From the NCBI RefSeq assembly GCF_009914755.1, contig NC_060935.1: 64,000 nucleotides of DNA, one strand, 5' to 3'. A model generated the notes under the pieces. That model did no database searches, was not told the DNA's origin, and saw only the letters and a list, made by a program, of their open reading frames with translations. Positions 25,740 through 41,768 of the stretch are shown piece after piece. The DNA comes from the human T2T-CHM13v2.0 reference genome, Homo sapiens. The first letter of the stretch is position 1. Every line of letters starts with the position of its first letter. The translations under genes were made by a program, and so were the position numbers.

Positions 25740-26477
25740 TTGATAAGGATGACATGAATATTCTTGTAAGGTTCTTGTGTGAACATAAGTTTTTATTTCT
25801 TTGGGATAAAAGCCCAAGCTTGTAATTGCTGAGTTGTGTGGCAGTTGCATGTTTAGTTTTATAAGAAACTACCAAACTGATTTTCCAGAGTGACTGCACC
25901 ATTTCACATTCCCCATTCCTGCCAGCAAGGTCTAAGTGATCTAGTTTCTCTGCATTCTTGCTGGCATTTGATGTTCACACTGTTTTTAATTTTCTCCATT
26001 CAGATAGGTGTGTAGTGAGATCTCATTGTGGTTTACATTTACATTTCCTCATTAGGATGATACTGAACATCTTTTCATGTGCCTGTTTGCCATTTTTGTA
26101 TTCTATGCAGTGAAATTCTTGTTGATATCATTTTTCCATTTCCCAATTAGACTTTTTGTTAACTGTCGAGTTTTGGGAGATGTTTATATATTCTAGATAC
26201 TTATCTTAAGTCAGAAACAGGGTGCAAATATTTATTCATTGTAGCTTTCATTGTCATCATCTCAACAGGGTACTTTACAGAGCAAACATTTTAAATTTTG
26301 ATGAGATTCAATGTTTCCTTTTTATGGATTACACTTCTGATGTCAGGTCTAAGAAGTCTTTGGCCCTGGACCCCAAATATCTTCTGCTATAGCTTTTTTC
26401 TAACAGCCTTGTGGAGATATAGTTTACATACCATACAATTCACCCATTTAAAGAATATAATTGAATGGTTTTTAGTA

Positions 26478-26818
26478 TAGGCATACCTCAGAGATATTGT
26501 GGTTCGGTTCCAGTACACTGCAATGAAGCAAATATTGCAATAAAGCAAGTCACACAAATTTTTTGGTTTGCCACTGCATATAAAAGTTATGTTTATATTG
26601 TAGTCTATTAAGTGTGCAATAGCCCCATGTCTAAGAAAACAATGTGCCTACCTTAATTGAAAGACACTTTATTGCTAAAAAATGCTGACCCAGAATGAAG
26701 TGAGCACATGTTGTTGGAAAAATGGCACTGATAGACTTGCTCAATGCAGGCTTACCACACACATTTAATTTTTTAAAAACACAATATCCACAAAGTGCAA
26801 AAAAGTGAAGTGTGCCTG
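26478..26818 (-). mobile_element. Internally deleted Tigger1 retaining both ends
   Basis: taggcatacctcagagatattgtggttcggttccag (reverse 3' end) and ...ttgttggaaaaatggcactgatagacttgctcaatgcagg...gtgtgcctg (reverse 5' end). Confidence 0.8.
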
Positions 26819-26994
26819 TGTATCCCCAGAGCTGTGCAACTGCCACTCCAGTTTGAGAACATTTTTATCATTCCAAAAAGAAACCCAGTGCCTTTTAAAT
26901 ATCACCCCCAAACCCACTATTCCATCCCCCTCAGCCCTAGGCAATAACTAATCTTTCTCTCTATGGGTTTGCCTATTCTGGACATTTTATATAA

Positions 26995-27372
<378 letters not shown>

Positions 27373-27510
27373 CTTGTGCTTCATTCTTTTATGAATGAAT
27401 AATCTTCCATCGTATGATATACAATGAATAAACATTTTGTTTATCCATTTATTTGTTGATAAGCATTTTAGATTGTTTCCACATTTTGACTACTATGAAT
27501 AATGCTTCTA

Positions 27511-28224
<714 letters not shown>

Positions 28225-29680
28225 GATAACTATCTTTTTGAAGAACTGACCAATTATTTCCAAAGTGGGTGCCTCATTTTACATTCTCACCACCAGCATA
28301 TGAGCACTGCGCAAGTTCTCCATATCCTCACCAACACTTGCTATTATCTTTTTTCAATTATAGCCATCTTAGTGGTTGTTAAGCAGTATCTCCTTTTGGG
28401 TGTGATTTGCATTTCCCTGTGACTACTCACGTTGAGCATCTTTTCATGTGTTTATTGACTATATGTCAACCCTGAAGAAATTTCTATTCCGATTTTTCAT
28501 CCATTCTTTAAGTTGGGATATTTGTCTTTTTGTTTTTGAGTTGAAGGAGTTATTTATATATCCAGTAACAAGTCCCCTATCAGATAGATTATTTGCAAAT
28601 ATTTTCTCCCATCTGTAGGTTGTCTTTTCACTTTCTTTAAGGTGTCTTTTGAAGCACAAAAGCTTTTAATTTTTATGAAGTCCAATATATCTACTTTTTT
28701 TCTTTTGTTCCTTGTTCTTTGGTGTTATATCTAAGAAACCTCTGCCAAATCCAAGGTCATAAAGATTTACCCTTATGTTTACCCTAAGAATTTTATAGCT
28801 TTATCTGTTACGTATTTATGTCTTTGATCCACTTTGAGTTAATTTTTATATATGATGTGGAGTGGACCAATTGATTTTTCTCATGTGGATATCAGTTGTT
28901 TCAACACTATTTGTTCAAAAGACTATTCTTTCCGCATTGAACGTTCTTGGCATCCTTGTCAAAAATCAATTGACCATAGATATATGGCTCCGTTTTTACA
29001 CTCTGATTCTATTCCCTTGATCTACATATCTATCTCATGCCAGTATCACATTTTCTCGAATACTGTTACTTTGTAGTCAATTTGGAGATCAGGAAGTATG
29101 AAGCCTCCAACTTTTCTTTTTCAAAATTGTTGCTATTCTGGGTCCTTTGCATTTTCATATGAAGTTGAACATCAGCTTATTATTCTACAAAGAAACCAGC
29201 TGAGATTCTGGTAAGGATTGTGTTGAGTTTGTAGATCAGCACGATTCCGGGAGTGTTGCCATCTTAACAATATTAAGTCTTCCAGTCTATGAGCATGTAA
29301 TGTCTGTCCATTTATTTGTATCTTCTTTTCTTTCAACAATGTTTTGTAATTTTCAGAGGATAAGTTTTGTACTTGTTAAACTTATTCCCAAGGTATTTTA
29401 TTTTTTCTTTATTATGGTAAAAATATACATAAAATCTACTATTTTACTCATTTTAAGTATATAGTTATGTGGCATTAGGTAAATTCGCACTGTTGTGCTT
29501 TATTCTTTTTTGATGTTATACATGGAATTGTTTTCTTAATTATATTTTCAGATTGTTTTTTGACAGTGTGTAGAAATACAATTGATTTTTATATACTGAT
29601 TTTGTCTCCTGCAGCCTTACTGAACTCATTCGTTGTAATTGTTTCACAATGGATTCCTTGGGGTTTTCTGTATACAACAT

Positions 29681-30084
29681 TGATACGGTTTGGATGTTTG
29701 GTCCCTCCAAATCTCATTAAAATGATTCCCAATGTTGGAGGTGGGGTCTGGTGGGGGGTGTCTGGATCATGGACGGAGCCCTCGTGAATGGCTTGGTACC
29801 ATCCCCATGGTAATGAGCGAATTCTTACTCTGGTAGTTTATGCTAAGAGCTGGTTGTTTAAAGAATCTGCTACCTCCCTCCACCTTGCTCCTGCTCTTGC
29901 CATGTGATATGCCTGCCCCTCTGCCTTTCGCCATGATTGTAAGCTTCTTGAGGCCCTCACCAGGAGCAGGTGCTGGTGCCATATTTCCTGTATAGCCTGA
30001 AGAACTGTGAGCCAATTAAAATCTTCTTTATAAATTACCCAGCCTCGGGTGTTCCTTTATAGTAACACAAAACTGGACCAGCAC
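29681..30084 (+). mobile_element. MST-family (MSTB-like) MaLR solo LTR
   Basis: tgatacggtttggatgtttggtccctccaaatctcat...ttctttataaattacccagcctcggg. Confidence 0.85.
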
Positions 30085-30174
30085 AAATTTATGTCATCTC
30101 CAAATAGTTCTACTTCTTTCTTTCAGTCTGGATTCTTTTTCTTCCCAAATTATCCTGGATGGAACACTCAATAA

Positions 30175-30576
<402 letters not shown>

Positions 30577-30726
30577 AACTGTGATTTTTAATAGATGCCC
30601 TTTATCAGGTTGAGGATGTTCCTTTCTATTCCTAGTATATTGAGTAGGGCTTTTTCTCCCATCATGGAAGGGTGTTGAATTTTATCACCCAAATGCTTTT
30701 CTGTGTCTTTTATTCTATCATTAATT

Positions 30727-31084
30727 GCTATAGACTGAATGTGTGTGTTTCCTCAAAATGTATATGTTGAAATCCTAACCCCCAATGTTGGTATTAGGAG
30801 GTGAGGCCTTTGGGAAGTGGTTAGGTCATGAGGGTGGAGACCTCATGGAATGGATTAGTGCCCTTGTAAAAGAGACCTCAGTGAGCTCCTTTTTTTCTTC
30901 CGTCATATGAGGACACAAGAAGACAACTGTTCATGAACCAGAAAGCGGGTCCTCTCCAGATGCTGAATCTGCCAGTGCCTTGACCTTGGACTTCCAAGCC
31001 TGTAAAATTGCAAAAAATAAATTTCTGTGTTTATAAGCCACCAGTTCGTGATACTTTGTTATAACAGTCTGAACAGACTGACAG
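30727..31084 (+). mobile_element. MLT1A-like MaLR solo LTR
   Basis: tgctatagactgaatgtgtgtg...tatgttgaaatcctaacccccaatg...aaataaatttctgtgtttataagccacc. Confidence 0.82.
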
Positions 31085-31847
31085 AAATCGTGGTGTTTTG
31101 TCTTTTATTCTGTTGATAATGGTGTATTACATTAATTGATTTTCAGATGTTAATTCAACCTTGCATTCCTGAAATAAGTCCCATTTGGTTATAATGTATA
31201 ATCCTTTTTAAACATTGCTTGATTTTACTTGCTAGTATTTTGTTGAGGGTTTTGAGGGTTTTACATCATTTTCATCACAGTTATTGTAATGAAATACAAA
31301 AATCAATAGTATTCCTATACACTGTCAAAAACAATCTGAAAATAAGAAAACAATTCTATTTACAACATCAAGAAAGCATAAAGCACAATAGCGTGGATTT
31401 ACCTAATGCCACAGAACTATATACCTAAAATGGGTAAAATAAATTTTATAAGTTCTCTTTTCATGTTTTTGTCTGGTTTTGGTGTCAGGGTGATACTGGA
31501 CTGAAAGAATGTATTGGAAAAATTTTCCTTCTCTTCTATTTTTTTGTTGTTGGAAGAGGTCATAAAGAATTGATATTCTTTAGATATTTGTTAGATTCAC
31601 TCATCTGGCCCTCTTGGGCTTTTCTTTTCAACTAGTGTTCTCATAACTAATTCAATCTCTTTAACTTATTACAGATCCATTCACATTTTCTACTTATTTC
31701 TTAGTCAGTTTTCATAGTTTTCATCTTTCTAGGAATTTGTCAATTTCATCTAAGTTTTATAATTTATTGGCACAAAATTGTTCATAGTGTTCCTTCATAA
31801 TCCTTTTTATTTCTGTCAGGTTGGTAGTATACTTCCCTCATTCATTC

Positions 31848-32162
31848 CTTTTTCCTTTTCTTTTTGAGAAACAGAGTCTCTCTCTGTTGCCCAGGCTGGA
31901 ATAGAGTGGTGTAATCATAGCTCACTGTAACCTCGATCTCCTAGTCTCAAGTGATCCTTGCCCCTTAGCCTATGACAGGTGTGCACCACAACACCAGCTG
32001 TTATTCAAAAAATATTTTGTAGAGATAGGGTCTTGCTTTGTTGTGCATGCTATTCTTGAACTCCTGGCCACAAGCAATTCTCGAACTCCTGGCCACAAGC
32101 AATTCTCCTGCCTTGGCCTCCCAAAGTGCTGGGATTACAGGTGTGAGCCACTGCAGCTAGCC
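31848..32162 (-). mobile_element. AluJ-like with an internal 25-bp tandem duplication
   Basis: Diverged dimer. attct(t/c)gaactcctggccacaagca occurs twice at 32052-32101. Confidence 0.88.
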
Positions 32163-34527
32163 TCGTTTTTTTGCTTTAATTTGTAAAACTGTCATTCATT
32201 TCTGATTTTAGTAATTTGAGTTTTCTCTCTCCCCCTTTGCCTCATGCACTTCCCTCTCTGTCTTTCCTCCTCCCCCTCTTTCTTCCTCCCCTTCTTTTCT
32301 TCTCCCTCTCCCTCTCTCTTACCAATCTATCAAAGGTTTGTTAATTTCAAAGAACCAAATTTTGGATTTGTTGACTTTATTATTTTTATATTCTATATTT
32401 TATTTCTACTCTAATATTTATTATTTTGTTTTTTCTACTTGCTTTAGGTTTAGTTTGCTCTTCTTTTTCTAGTTTCTTGAGGTGGAGAGTTGGCTTACTG
32501 ATTTGAAGCCTTATTTTTTGATATAGGCATTCATAGCTATAAAATTCCATCTTTACACTGCTTTAAATGTATCCCATAAGTTCTGTTATGTTGTATCTTC
32601 ATTTTCATTAATCTCAAAGTACGTTCCATTTCCCTTGTGAATTCTTTCACCCATTGATTATTTAAGAATGTAGTGTTGTTTAATTTCCACATGTGTATGT
32701 TTCCCTAATTTCTTTGCTACTGAGTTCTACTTTTATTCCATTATATTCAGAAAAAGATACCTTGTATTATTTCAATCCTTTTAAATTTATGCAGGTTTGT
32801 TTCGTGACTTAGCATATGGTCCTTCTTGGAGAATGTCTCATGTGCACTTGAAAATACTGTATATTCAATGTTGGTTGTTGGGCGAAGTGCTCTATAATTA
32901 CCTTTTGAGTCTAGTTGGTTTATGGTGTTGCTCATATCTTCTGTTTCTTGTACTACACATTATTGAAAGTGGAGTGTTGAAGTCTCCAACTACTATTGTT
33001 GAATTGGCTATTTCTCTGTTCAGTTCTGTCAGTTTTTGCTTCTTATGTTTTAGTTCTCTATTGTTAGGTGAATATATGTTTATAATCATTGTATCTTCTC
33101 ATGAATTGACATTTTATCTTTATGAGATATTCATATTTAACTTCAGTAACATTCTTAATTTAAAATCTCCTTTGACTTTATTATAGCACTTCAGGTTACT
33201 TATGGTTGCTGCTTACATGATATATCTTTTTCCATCCTTTTACTTTCAGTTGGCATTTATCATCTAAAGTGTGCCTCATATAGATGGAATACAGATGGAT
33301 CCTGTTTTTCAAATCTGGTCTGATAATTCCTGCCTTTGATTAGATTGTTTAATCCATTCACATTTAATATTATTATTGATATAATTAGATTTATATCCAC
33401 AGTTTTACTTTTGGTCTTTTCTATGTACTGTTTCTTGTTCCTCTATTTCTCCTTTGCTGCTTTCTTTTCCATCTAGTGACTACTTTCTAATATAAATTTT
33501 CATTTCTTTTATGATTCTTCAATATTCTATTTGTTATTAGTGTTTGCTCTAGGGCTTACCTTATGTATCGTCTCAAAATTTACTTCATATTTATATTAAT
33601 CCTGGTGAGATACAGAAGTTATTCCTGTATGAGTTTATTCAGTTTTACCACTTTTTGTGGTATTGTTACATATATTACATCTTTATTATGCGCTATTATA
33701 ATGATCATACTATATAATGATATATCTTTAAAGAAGCTGAAAGGAGAGCAAGTATATATTTCTAGTTTCTGTTTTATTAACCTCCTTATATCATATATTT
33801 GATCCACTTTTTTGGTTTTTATGGATTTGAGTTACCAACTGGTGGTATTTCCTTACTCTAGAACAGCTTTGCTCCTATTTACCTCCTTGCTCTTTGCTTT
33901 TGGATATATGTGAACTTCCTGGGAGCACTTCCTTTTTGCCTGAAGAACTTCCTCTAGTAGTTCTTACAAAACTGGTCTGCTAACAAGGAATTCTGTTTTT
34001 GTTTATCTGGGAATGCTTTTATTTTGCCTTCTTTTTGAAAGAAACTTTTCTGGACACAGTATTCTTGGTTGGCTTTTTTTTTTTTTTTTTTTACTTTGAG
34101 CACTTGGGATCTGTTACCCCACTACTTTCTGGGTACCACTGTTTCTGACGAAAAGTCAGCTCCACATTTGTCTCCCTGACACCAGAACAGGGGAGGGTAT
34201 TAAGCAGAGTGCCACATAGCCTCACCTCCCACCATTTCATCCAAGAATAGTAGTTGGGTAATAGTTCAATAACTCACTCTGAATAATTGATAGAACAACA
34301 AGACAGAAAATCAACAAGAGTTAGTACTATTATTGTTGAGTTGTCTATTATTGTTCAGTTGTCTGTTTCTCTCTTCATTTCTGACAGTTTTATTTCATAT
34401 ACTTCAGGGCTGTGTTTTTAGCTGTTATAAATTTTTATTTCTTTATGACTTCTGTTTATGATTTCTATTTCTTCCTGTTAAATTTTCCCTTTTGTCATTG
34501 TAAAATGCTTCTCAGTATCTCTAATAA

Positions 34528-34858
<331 letters not shown>

Positions 34859-35442
34859 AATTTTGTCTGATTTTAGTACAGTCACTCTAGCTTTCTTATT
34901 ACTGTTTGCATGTCATCTTTTTCCATCATTTTACTTTCAACTATGTCTTTGAATCTAGAATGTGACTCTTATAGACCATATATATTTGGATCCTGCTTTT
35001 AAGGCAGTCTGGCAATCTCTGCTCTTTATTGAGTTTTTAATTCACTTATATGTAATATAATTATTGATATGGAAGGATTTATATCTACCATGTTGTTATT
35101 TATTTTCTATATGTCTCATATCACTTTTGTTCCTCTCTTCCTCCTTTACTGCCTTCTGCAGGTTGAATAGATATGTTCTAGAGTACCATTCTAATTCCTT
35201 TGTTAGTTTATTTCCCCCATTTTTAAAGTGTAATCTGGAGGTTACAATAAGCAGCTTAAGCAAAAACAATCTGCTTCAGGTTAATAATCTACTCAAATAT
35301 TTTTGTCTGCCCTATTCTCTCCTTCTCAGTACTCTTATTAACACATATGTTGTTACTCCTTAATTCCACATATGTTTTCTACTCTTAATTACATATATGT
35401 TACAACTTAATTACACATACATTGTTACACATCCTGTTAGGA

Positions 35443-35742
35443 CAGGGGTTCCCAACCCCAGGGCCATGGACTGGTACCAGTCTGTGGCCTATTAGAAACT
35501 GGGCTACACAGCAGGAGGTGAGCAGCAGGCAAGCAAGCATTACTGCCTGAGCTCTGCCTCCTGTCTGATCAGTGATGGCATTAGATTCTCACAGAGAGCA
35601 AATCCTATTGTGAACTGAGCATGTGAGGGATCTAGGTTGTGCACTCCGTATGAGAATCTAACTAAAGCCTCCCCCAACTGGCTGTGGAAAAATTGTCTTC
35701 CACAAAACTGGTCCCTCATGCCAAAAAGGTTGGGGACCACTA
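35443..35742 (+). mobile_element. MER1B-like hAT DNA transposon
   Basis: caggggttcccaacccc...ccaaaaaggttggggaccact terminal inverted repeats plus MER1 internal sequence. Confidence 0.88.
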
Positions 35743-38700
35743 TATTATGGTATCCAATGGGTATCTCTTCATTTTTCTTCATTATTTTTCTTTCTATTCT
35801 TCAGTCTGAATCATCTTTATGGATCTGCGTTGAAGTTCATTGATTCTTTCTTCTGCCAGGTCAAATTTGCTTAGCCGCACTAGTGAGTTTTTCACCTAAG
35901 TTATTATATTTCACAACTACAGAATTTCTATTTGGTTTCTAATTTCTATCTCTATATTGATATTATCTATTTGATGAGTCTTTGTCATCACACTTGCATT
36001 CTTTAATGTGGTTTCTTTTGGTTCTTTGAACATAGTTATAATACTTACTTTGAAATCGCGCCCTAACATTTGGGGCCCTTCAGAGATAATTCCTATTTAT
36101 TGCTCATTATTCTTGTTCAAGGGTCACAATTTTCTGTTTCTTTGCATATCTCATTTTTTTTGTTAAAAACTTACTTTAGATAATATATCGTAGAAACTCT
36201 GGATTCTAGTTCTTCTCCCTAACCAGGGATGATTTCTGTTACTCATTTATTTGTTTGCTCGCTTGTGTATGCCTTCTCTGCATGGATTCTGCAGAGTCTG
36301 TGTTCTCCTGCAGTGTGCAGCCACTGGTGTCTTTGCTCAGTTTTGTTTGTTTTAATTCTTATGTTTGTTTTGTAAGCCTGGCTTCATTGGTGTCACCCCT
36401 GGATCAGCATAACCTAGTGGTCAAGCCATGATTAGTCAGACATTTGTTTAAACATCTTGAGCCAGTGAATCTTCCACCCTCTGCTGAGGGGATCTATGTG
36501 TGGGTTGGGACATTCAAAGTTCAGGCACTTTATAACTCTGTCCTGTATTTTACTGTCTGCTTGCAAAAGGTCTCACAGTCAGCCAAGGATAAGTAGATAG
36601 CAGGAAACCTCTCTGATCTCTCCTGCAAGCATGTACAACTTCCATATCTCCAGAATTCCTTTTAAAATTTTTCTTAATCTGTCGCTTGCCCAACCAGTAT
36701 TGAAACATTAGGTTGCTGTGATGTGGGTTGCCTCCAATTATTTGCCACTGAAATCCTTGTTGCTTAACATAGTGCATAGGGTTTTCTATGGAATTCAAAA
36801 TCAGATGAGCCTTCTTTGTTGCTGGTCCTCAAGCCTACCGTGCCCCTGAGCTTGGGTGGGGAGATGGCAGCCCCACGTTAAATCATAACCCTGCTATTCT
36901 TAGGAAGGCTTAATATTTTTTCTTTAATTAGCACTTTTCAATTTTATATTTCTTTGTCCAGTTTTATCATTGCTTTTCAGGGAGTGGTTATATCAAGGTG
37001 CTCATTCCACCACCTCAGAAGTGGTCCCTATCTTGTTAATTTTATTTTTTGAATACATATAACATTAACATACTTCCAAAAGTCAATACTAAACAAAAGG
37101 AGCTACTGAGAGAAATCTTCCTCTCACCCATATCTCTTCCATCCTAATTCCCCCTACCCATTATAGGTAACCAGTTTCAGTGTTTTCTAGTTTATAGTTT
37201 GTGTGTGTTTGCTCTTTATAAGACATGATTATTTTCTCATTTCCCAAAAAAGTACTATTCTGTATATGCCCTTTTGAACTTTGCTTTTCTCACCTAACAA
37301 CATCTCCTAGAAATCACTCAACATCCATTCACAGAGATCTTTCTCATTGCATTGCTAAAGTTGCATAGTATTCCTTAGTGTGACTGTGCTATAACCTTTC
37401 AACCAATCTCTTATGCTTGCATGTGTAGGTGGTTTCTAGATGGCAGCTATGCTCACCATTCTTTGGCTTTCCTACCATGTCTCTGAGATACATCTACTCC
37501 ATAAATCGAATCTACCCCCAAGAGGTGATTCTCTGAGGGTGCCACCTCAAATCTTAGTCATTTGCAAGAGCCTCCACTATAGCTGCTGCTCTGGACTACC
37601 TATTTCTGACATGTGTTCTCCATGTTGACATTTAATATAGAGTCTTCTTTTTCTGGTGATAATTCTGTCTGTGCTGCTTTTTAGTCTTCTGTGCACCCTT
37701 TAAATTTTTTAAGTAACAGAAACCATTTCAAAATGTACAATTCAGTGTCACTTAGTACATTTACAATATTGTGTTTTTTGTGTCTTTTCTAAGAATTTAT
37801 TTCCAATCTCAAGTCATAAAGATTTACTCCTGTTTTCTACTAAGAAATTTATGCCTTTAACTCTTATTTTTTGGTCTCTGATACATTTTGAGATAATTTT
37901 TATATGCTATGAGTTATGGGTCCAACTTCATTCTTTGATATATGAGGATCCAGTTGCCCCAGCACCATTTGTTAAAAGACTACTCTTCCCACTGAATTCT
38001 TGATACATTTGTTGAAAATGAATTGATCATATATGTGAGTGTTTATTTCTACATTCTCTATTATATTCCATTGGTCTATATGTCCATCCTTGTGTCCTAG
38101 AGACCACATTGTGTCAGTACCACATTGTTTTGATTACTGCAGCTTTGTAAAAGTTTTGAAAATGGCAGGCCTGAGTCTTCCAACTTTGTTCTTTTTCAAT
38201 ATGATTTTAGATTGTTTGGGGCCCTGGGAAAATTCCATTTACATTTTAAAATCAGTTTTTACATTTCTGCAAATAAAAAGGCCCTTGGGATTTTGATAAG
38301 GGTTGCATTGAATCTGTAGATCACTGGGTAATATCGCCAACTTAACAATATTTAATCTTCCAATCTGTGAACACAGGATGTATAGTTCTATTTATTTAAG
38401 TCTTCTTTAATTTTTGTCAACAGTGTTTTGTAGTCTTTAGTGCAGAAGTCTTTCACCTTCTTGTTTTAATTTATTCCTAGCTATTTTACTCTTTTTGATG
38501 CTATTGTAAGTGGAATTTTAAAAATTGACTTCCTTCTTGGGCTGTTCATTCCTGGTATATAGAGGCACAAATGATTTTCTTAAAATAAATGTTGAACATG
38601 TACCCTGCAATTTTGCTGGACTTGTTTATTAGCTCTACTAGTTTGTGGATTCTTTGATTTTCTAGATAGAAGATGTCATTATTGAATAAAGAGTTTTACT

Positions 38701-41555
38701 GCTTCCTTTCCAATTTGGATGCTATTCATTTACCTGTTTGTTTATTTATCTGCCTAATTGTCATGGTTAAAACTTTCAGTACATTGTTCAATAGCACTGG
38801 GTAAAGCATACAGCCATATCTTACTCTTTGTTATGGGAGAAATTTTTCAGTTTTTTTTCTCATTAAGTATATTAGTTGTGGATTTTTCACAAATCCTCTT
38901 TAACACATTTTGAAAGTTCCATGTTTTTATCCTGAAAGGTTGTAGAATTTTGTCAAATGCTTGTTCTGAGTGAATTGAAATGATTGCATGGATTTTTTAT
39001 CCTTCATTGTATTAATGTGGTGTATTACATTGATTGATACTCTTGTACTGAACCACCCTTGTATTCTTGAGATAAATTCCATGTGGTCATGATATATAAT
39101 CCTTTTTAATATGCTGCTGAATTTGGCTTACTAGTACTTTGTTAAATAAAAGATTTTAGTATCTAGTTTGTCTTTTCTTGTGGTATATTTGTCTGGCTTT
39201 GGAATCCATGTAATACTGGCCTCATAGAATGTATTGCAAAGTTTTTTCTCCTCTGTTTTTTGGAAGAGTTTGAGAGGGATTGGTGTGAATTCTTCAAGTG
39301 TTTGGTATAATTCAACAGTGACGCCATCTGTGTAGCATTTTCTTCATTGGAAGGTTTTTGGTTACTGATTCAAACTTTCTACTTGTTATGGGTCTGCTCA
39401 TAATTTCAATTTCTGTTTTGGTCTGTATTAGTATTTTGTGAATTCGTCCATCTTATCTAGGTTATATAATTTGTTGGTATACAGTTATTCATAGTATTCT
39501 TTTATCACACTTTTTATTTCTGTAAGATCAGTTATATCGTTCCCACTTTTGTTTTTTTTTCTTATTTTTGTTTTTTTTTGTTGTGTTCCTACTTTTGTTT
39601 ATGATTTTAGATATGTGCAACTTCTCTAATTTTTTATTAGTCATTCTAGTTAAAGGTTTTCAACTTTGATCTTTTCAAAAACAAGCAACTTTTGGTTTTG
39701 TTAAATTATCTCTGTTGTTTATTTAAGCTCGAATTCAGTTTTATCTCCACTCATACATATTATTTCATTCTCTCTTTTAACTTTAGGTTTACTTCGTTCT
39801 TCTTTCTCTGGTTACGTAAGGTATAATATTAGGTTATGGATCCTTCTTCTTTTTCAGTGTGGGCATTCACAGCTATAATTTTTCCTCTGAGCACTTCTTT
39901 CACTACATCCCATAAGTCTGAGTATGTTGTGTCGTCATTTTCACTTTTTGAAAGTATTTTATAATTTCCCTTCTGATGTCTTCTTTGACACAATAATTTT
40001 TAAAGAGTGTGTAGTTTTATTTCCCTGAATTTGTTAATTTTTAGGTTTTTCTTCTGTTACAGATTTCTGGCCTCACTATATTGTAGTTAGAGAAGATATT
40101 TTGTATGATTTCTATATTTTAAAATTTATTGAGACTCTTTTGTGGCCTAACATATCATCCCTCCTAGGGAATGTTCCATGTGCACTTGAGAAGAATGTGT
40201 AGTTGGGTGGAGTGTCCATATATGTTTGTAGGTCTAGTTGGTTTATGGTATTGTTCAAGTCCTCTCTTTTCTTATTGGGCTTCTGTCTGGCTGTACATTA
40301 TCTTGTTGTGTTTTTTTTTTTTAATTTTAAAAATATGCATATTTAGTGTATAAAACATACAGTTAAATCGTTAACATAGTGATGCAAATTAATATGTCCA
40401 TCATCTCACAGTTATTCTTTTGTGTGTATGAGTGAGAAAAGCTATGATCTACTCAATTGGCAAAAATTCCAAATGCAATATACTAACTATTCTCATGTTC
40501 TACATGAGATCTCTAGACTTGTTCATCCTATATATCTGCTACTTGGTATCCTTTGACCTACATCTTTCCATTTTCTTCCCCCACACCTTGCCCATGGTAA
40601 CCACTAGTTTATTCTATCTCTGTATATTTGACTTTTTTCTTTTTAAGATTCTACATATAGGTGAGATTATTTAAAACTTTTCATTTGTATATGGCTTATT
40701 TAACTTAGCACAATGTCTTCCAGTTTCATCCATGTGGCAAGTGGCAGGATCTCCTTTTTTAATGCGGAATAATATTCCATTGTAGACATACACACCACAG
40801 TTTAGTCATCCATCAATGGACACGTAAGTTTTCATATCGTGACTCATGCATATAATGCCACAATGAATATAGGAGCGCAGATATCTTTATGAGGTGGAGA
40901 TTTCATTTTCTTTGGGAATATACCTAGAAGAGGGATTAGTGGGTCAGATGATAGTATATTTTCAATTTCTTTAGGAGCCACCATTCTGTTTTTCATTATG
41001 ACTGCACCAATCTACAGTCCCACCAACACTGTACAAGAGTTCCCTAACCCTAGCCAACACTTAATAGCTATTCTCATGAGTGTGAGGTGATATCGCATAG
41101 TAATTTTGATTTGCATTTCCCTGACGATTAGTGATGTTAAATGTCTTTTCATATATGTGTTTGCCATTTTTATAACTTCTTTGCAAAAATGTCTACTCAG
41201 TTCCACTGCCCATTTTTTAATTGGGTTATCTATTTTCTTGTTATTGAGTTGTATGCATTCCTTATAAATTTTGGATATTATCCTCTTATAAGATATATGG
41301 TTGGCAAATATTTTCTTCTAGTCCATAGGTTGCCTTTTCCTTTTGTTGACTGTTTCCGTTCCTGTGCAGAAGTTTTTTAGTTTGATGGTATACCAATTAT
41401 TTGTTTTTGTAGCCTGAGCTTTTGGTGTGATCTCCAAAAAATCACTGCCAGAGCCATGTCGAGCTTTTCCCCTATGTTTTCTTCTGGTTGTGGGTTTTGG
41501 TCTTATGTTTAGGTCTTTTATCCATTTTGAGTTTATTTCTATGTATGGTGTAAGG

Positions 41556-41768
41556 CAGCGATATCAAATCTTTTGGCTTCCCGGGGCCACACTGTAAGAA
41601 CAATTGTCTTAGGCCACACATAAAATACACTAACAATAACAACAGCTGATGGGCTAAAAAAATGCAAAAAAATTCAATGTTTTAACAAAGTTTACAAATT
41701 TGTGTTGGGCCTCATTAAAGCCATCCTGGGCTTACATGTGGTCTGTGGGCCATGGGTTGGACAAGCCA
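41556..41768 (+). mobile_element. MER30-like hAT DNA transposon
   Basis: aatcttttggcttcccggggccacact...ggccacacataaaatacactaac...gggttggacaagc. Confidence 0.82.
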
